Below are positions 62,370 through 64,000 of a stretch of 64,000 nt of DNA, one piece after another. The notes under the pieces are model-generated. The model was not told the DNA's origin. It did not search any database and was given only the letters and a program-made list of their open reading frames with translations. The stretch's first letter is position 1. Each line of letters begins with the position of its first letter. This DNA comes from Macrostomum lignano (Eukaryota). The position numbers and the translations under genes were made by a program. The DNA lies in contig NIVC01002258.1 of assembly GCA_002269645.1 (NCBI GenBank), positions 1 to 64,000 of the forward strand, in the 5' to 3' direction.

Positions 62370-63060
62370 GGAGAGAGCAGAGAGGAGAGAAGAGAGGGAA
62401 GTGAGAGGGGGGCTGAGAGGGAAAGTAGGAGTGGATGTGAGAGGGGAGGTAAGCGTGAAAATGAGAGGGGAGGTGAGGGTGGAGGTGTGATTGGAGGTGA
62501 GAGTGGAGGTGAGAGTGGAGGTGAGAGTGGAGGTGAGAGTGGAGGTGAGAGTGGAGGTGAGAGTGGAGGTGAGAGGGGAGGTAAGCGTGAAAATGAGAGG
62601 GGAGGTGAGAGTGGAGGTGAGAGTGGAGGTGAGAGTAAAGGTGAGAGTGAAGGTGAGAGTGAAGGTGAGAGTGAAGAAGAGAGTGAAGGTGAGAGTGAAG
62701 AAGAGAGTGAAGGTGGGAGGGAGGTGAGAGTGGAGGTGAGAGTAAAGGTGAGAGTGAAGGGGAGAGTGAAGAAGAGAGTGAAGAAGAGAGTGAAGGTGAG
62801 AGTGAAGAAGAGAGTGAAGGTGGGAGGGAGGTGAGAGTGGAGGTGAGAGTAAAGGTGAGAGTGAAGGGGAGAGTGAAGAAGAGAGTGAAGAAGAGAGTGA
62901 AGGTGAGAGTGAAGAAGAGGGTGAAGGTGGGAGGGGGGTGAAAGTGAAGAAGAGAGTGAAGGTGAGAGTGGAGGTGAGAGGGAGGTGAGAGGGAGGTGAG
63001 AGGGGAGTAGAGAGTGAAGGTGAGATTGTAGGTAAGCGTGAAAGTGAGTGGGGAGCTCAG
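62370..63060 (+). repeat. Purine-rich 12-bp minisatellite GAGGTGAGAGTG and variants
   Basis: Direct reading. Confidence 0.93.
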
Positions 63061-63640
63061 AGGTGAGAAATCAGACAGAAAGAGATAGCAGCGTGGAGAT
63101 AAGAAGAGATGAGATGAGTGGGGAGAATCATTAAACTTCACTATAAACTCTGTTTCGAAGATGTCCAAAAATAGACCACAGAACATAGTTTTAAAAAACC
63201 ACCTGAATGAAGGGTGGAGGCACAAAAATAATGGAGAAAATGAAGGCGAGTATTGAAACGGCACAACACAGGGAGAGAGCCTGACTCGCCTCAGTGCCAG
63301 CCTCCACTAAAGAATTCGGAGTTTCTAAGAGAATCGTGCCAACACCCCCCCTTGCAGTCTCCACCGCCACCCCGCCCCATCACAGTGCGACCACTGGCCA
63401 CCCGCCCAGTATTTTCAGCTCCAAAGCAATTTGCAGTTTGAGCAGCTTTCGCCAGAGGCCGGTGCGCAAGATCTTAAAAAAAGGCATTGTGCTTGGGGGG
63501 GGGCGGTTGAGGGGTACGCAAGCACGAGAGCACCGTAGTGAAAGGAGAGAGCAGCGAGACATTGTAGAAGACGGTTTGCTCAGTATCCAAGGCGACTTGC
63601 AGGGTGGGTTCTTCGAAAAAACCCCGATGGAATGAAGCGA

Positions 63641-63642
<2 letters not shown>

Positions 63643-63707
<65 letters not shown>
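63643..63707 (+). repeat. (GA)n microsatellite
   Basis: Direct reading. Confidence 0.98.
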
Positions 63708-63710
<3 letters not shown>

Positions 63711-64000
63711 GACGGCAGTGAGGGTTGAGTAAAATTGCGTCAGTAGCTTCTCTGAGTTCACCTTGCCGGCCCCCTTAAAGCGCTATGCAGCCTGAAGCCA
63801 AGTCCTGTGTCAAAATAAACACATTTAAGCCTCTGGTGTGCGCCGCATAAAAAGGGAGCATTCAAAGGCGCATTACTGCTGCGAGCAGAGCAAGTCGGGC
63901 TTGGTAAGCCAGAGACAAAGAGAGCCTGCTATTGGTTTCAAGGCGTGGCTTCTAATGGCTCCGAGATTAGGTAAGACAGCTGCGGACCTCACTGACGGGT

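Overview
Eukaryotic (animal) genomic DNA, not prokaryotic. Evidence: GT-AG introns, TATA-driven genes, TTAGGG-type repeats, and poly-Q/poly-A tracts. About 24 kb (~37% by my summed array lengths) is micro/minisatellite. The overall style suggests a free-living flatworm such as Macrostomum, but this is inference only. Four protein-coding genes are supported. (1) An intronless secreted orphan of 205 aa (755-1372, -). (2) An intronless 4-EF-hand calmodulin-like protein (21108-21506, -). (3) A six-exon, ~1,690-aa type I membrane protein with signal peptide, EGF-like, several WSC-like Cys modules, EGF, TSP1 and TM (26145-35610, +); it needs two single-T homopolymer corrections in exon 4. (4) A five-exon, 735-aa PR/SET + 6 C2H2 zinc-finger PRDM-family factor (40297-54814, +). 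Mobile-element relics include a 5'-truncated R1/LOA-type LINE with a 17-bp TSD beside a 28S rDNA fragment, a 1.6-kb element with ~125-bp TIRs, and a Ty3/Gypsy gag-pro fragment with tRNA-iMet PBS, a -1 frameshift site and an inverted LTR-end junction. Most long ORFs in the ORF track are artefacts of tandem repeats. All of this was read by eye; no searches were run.
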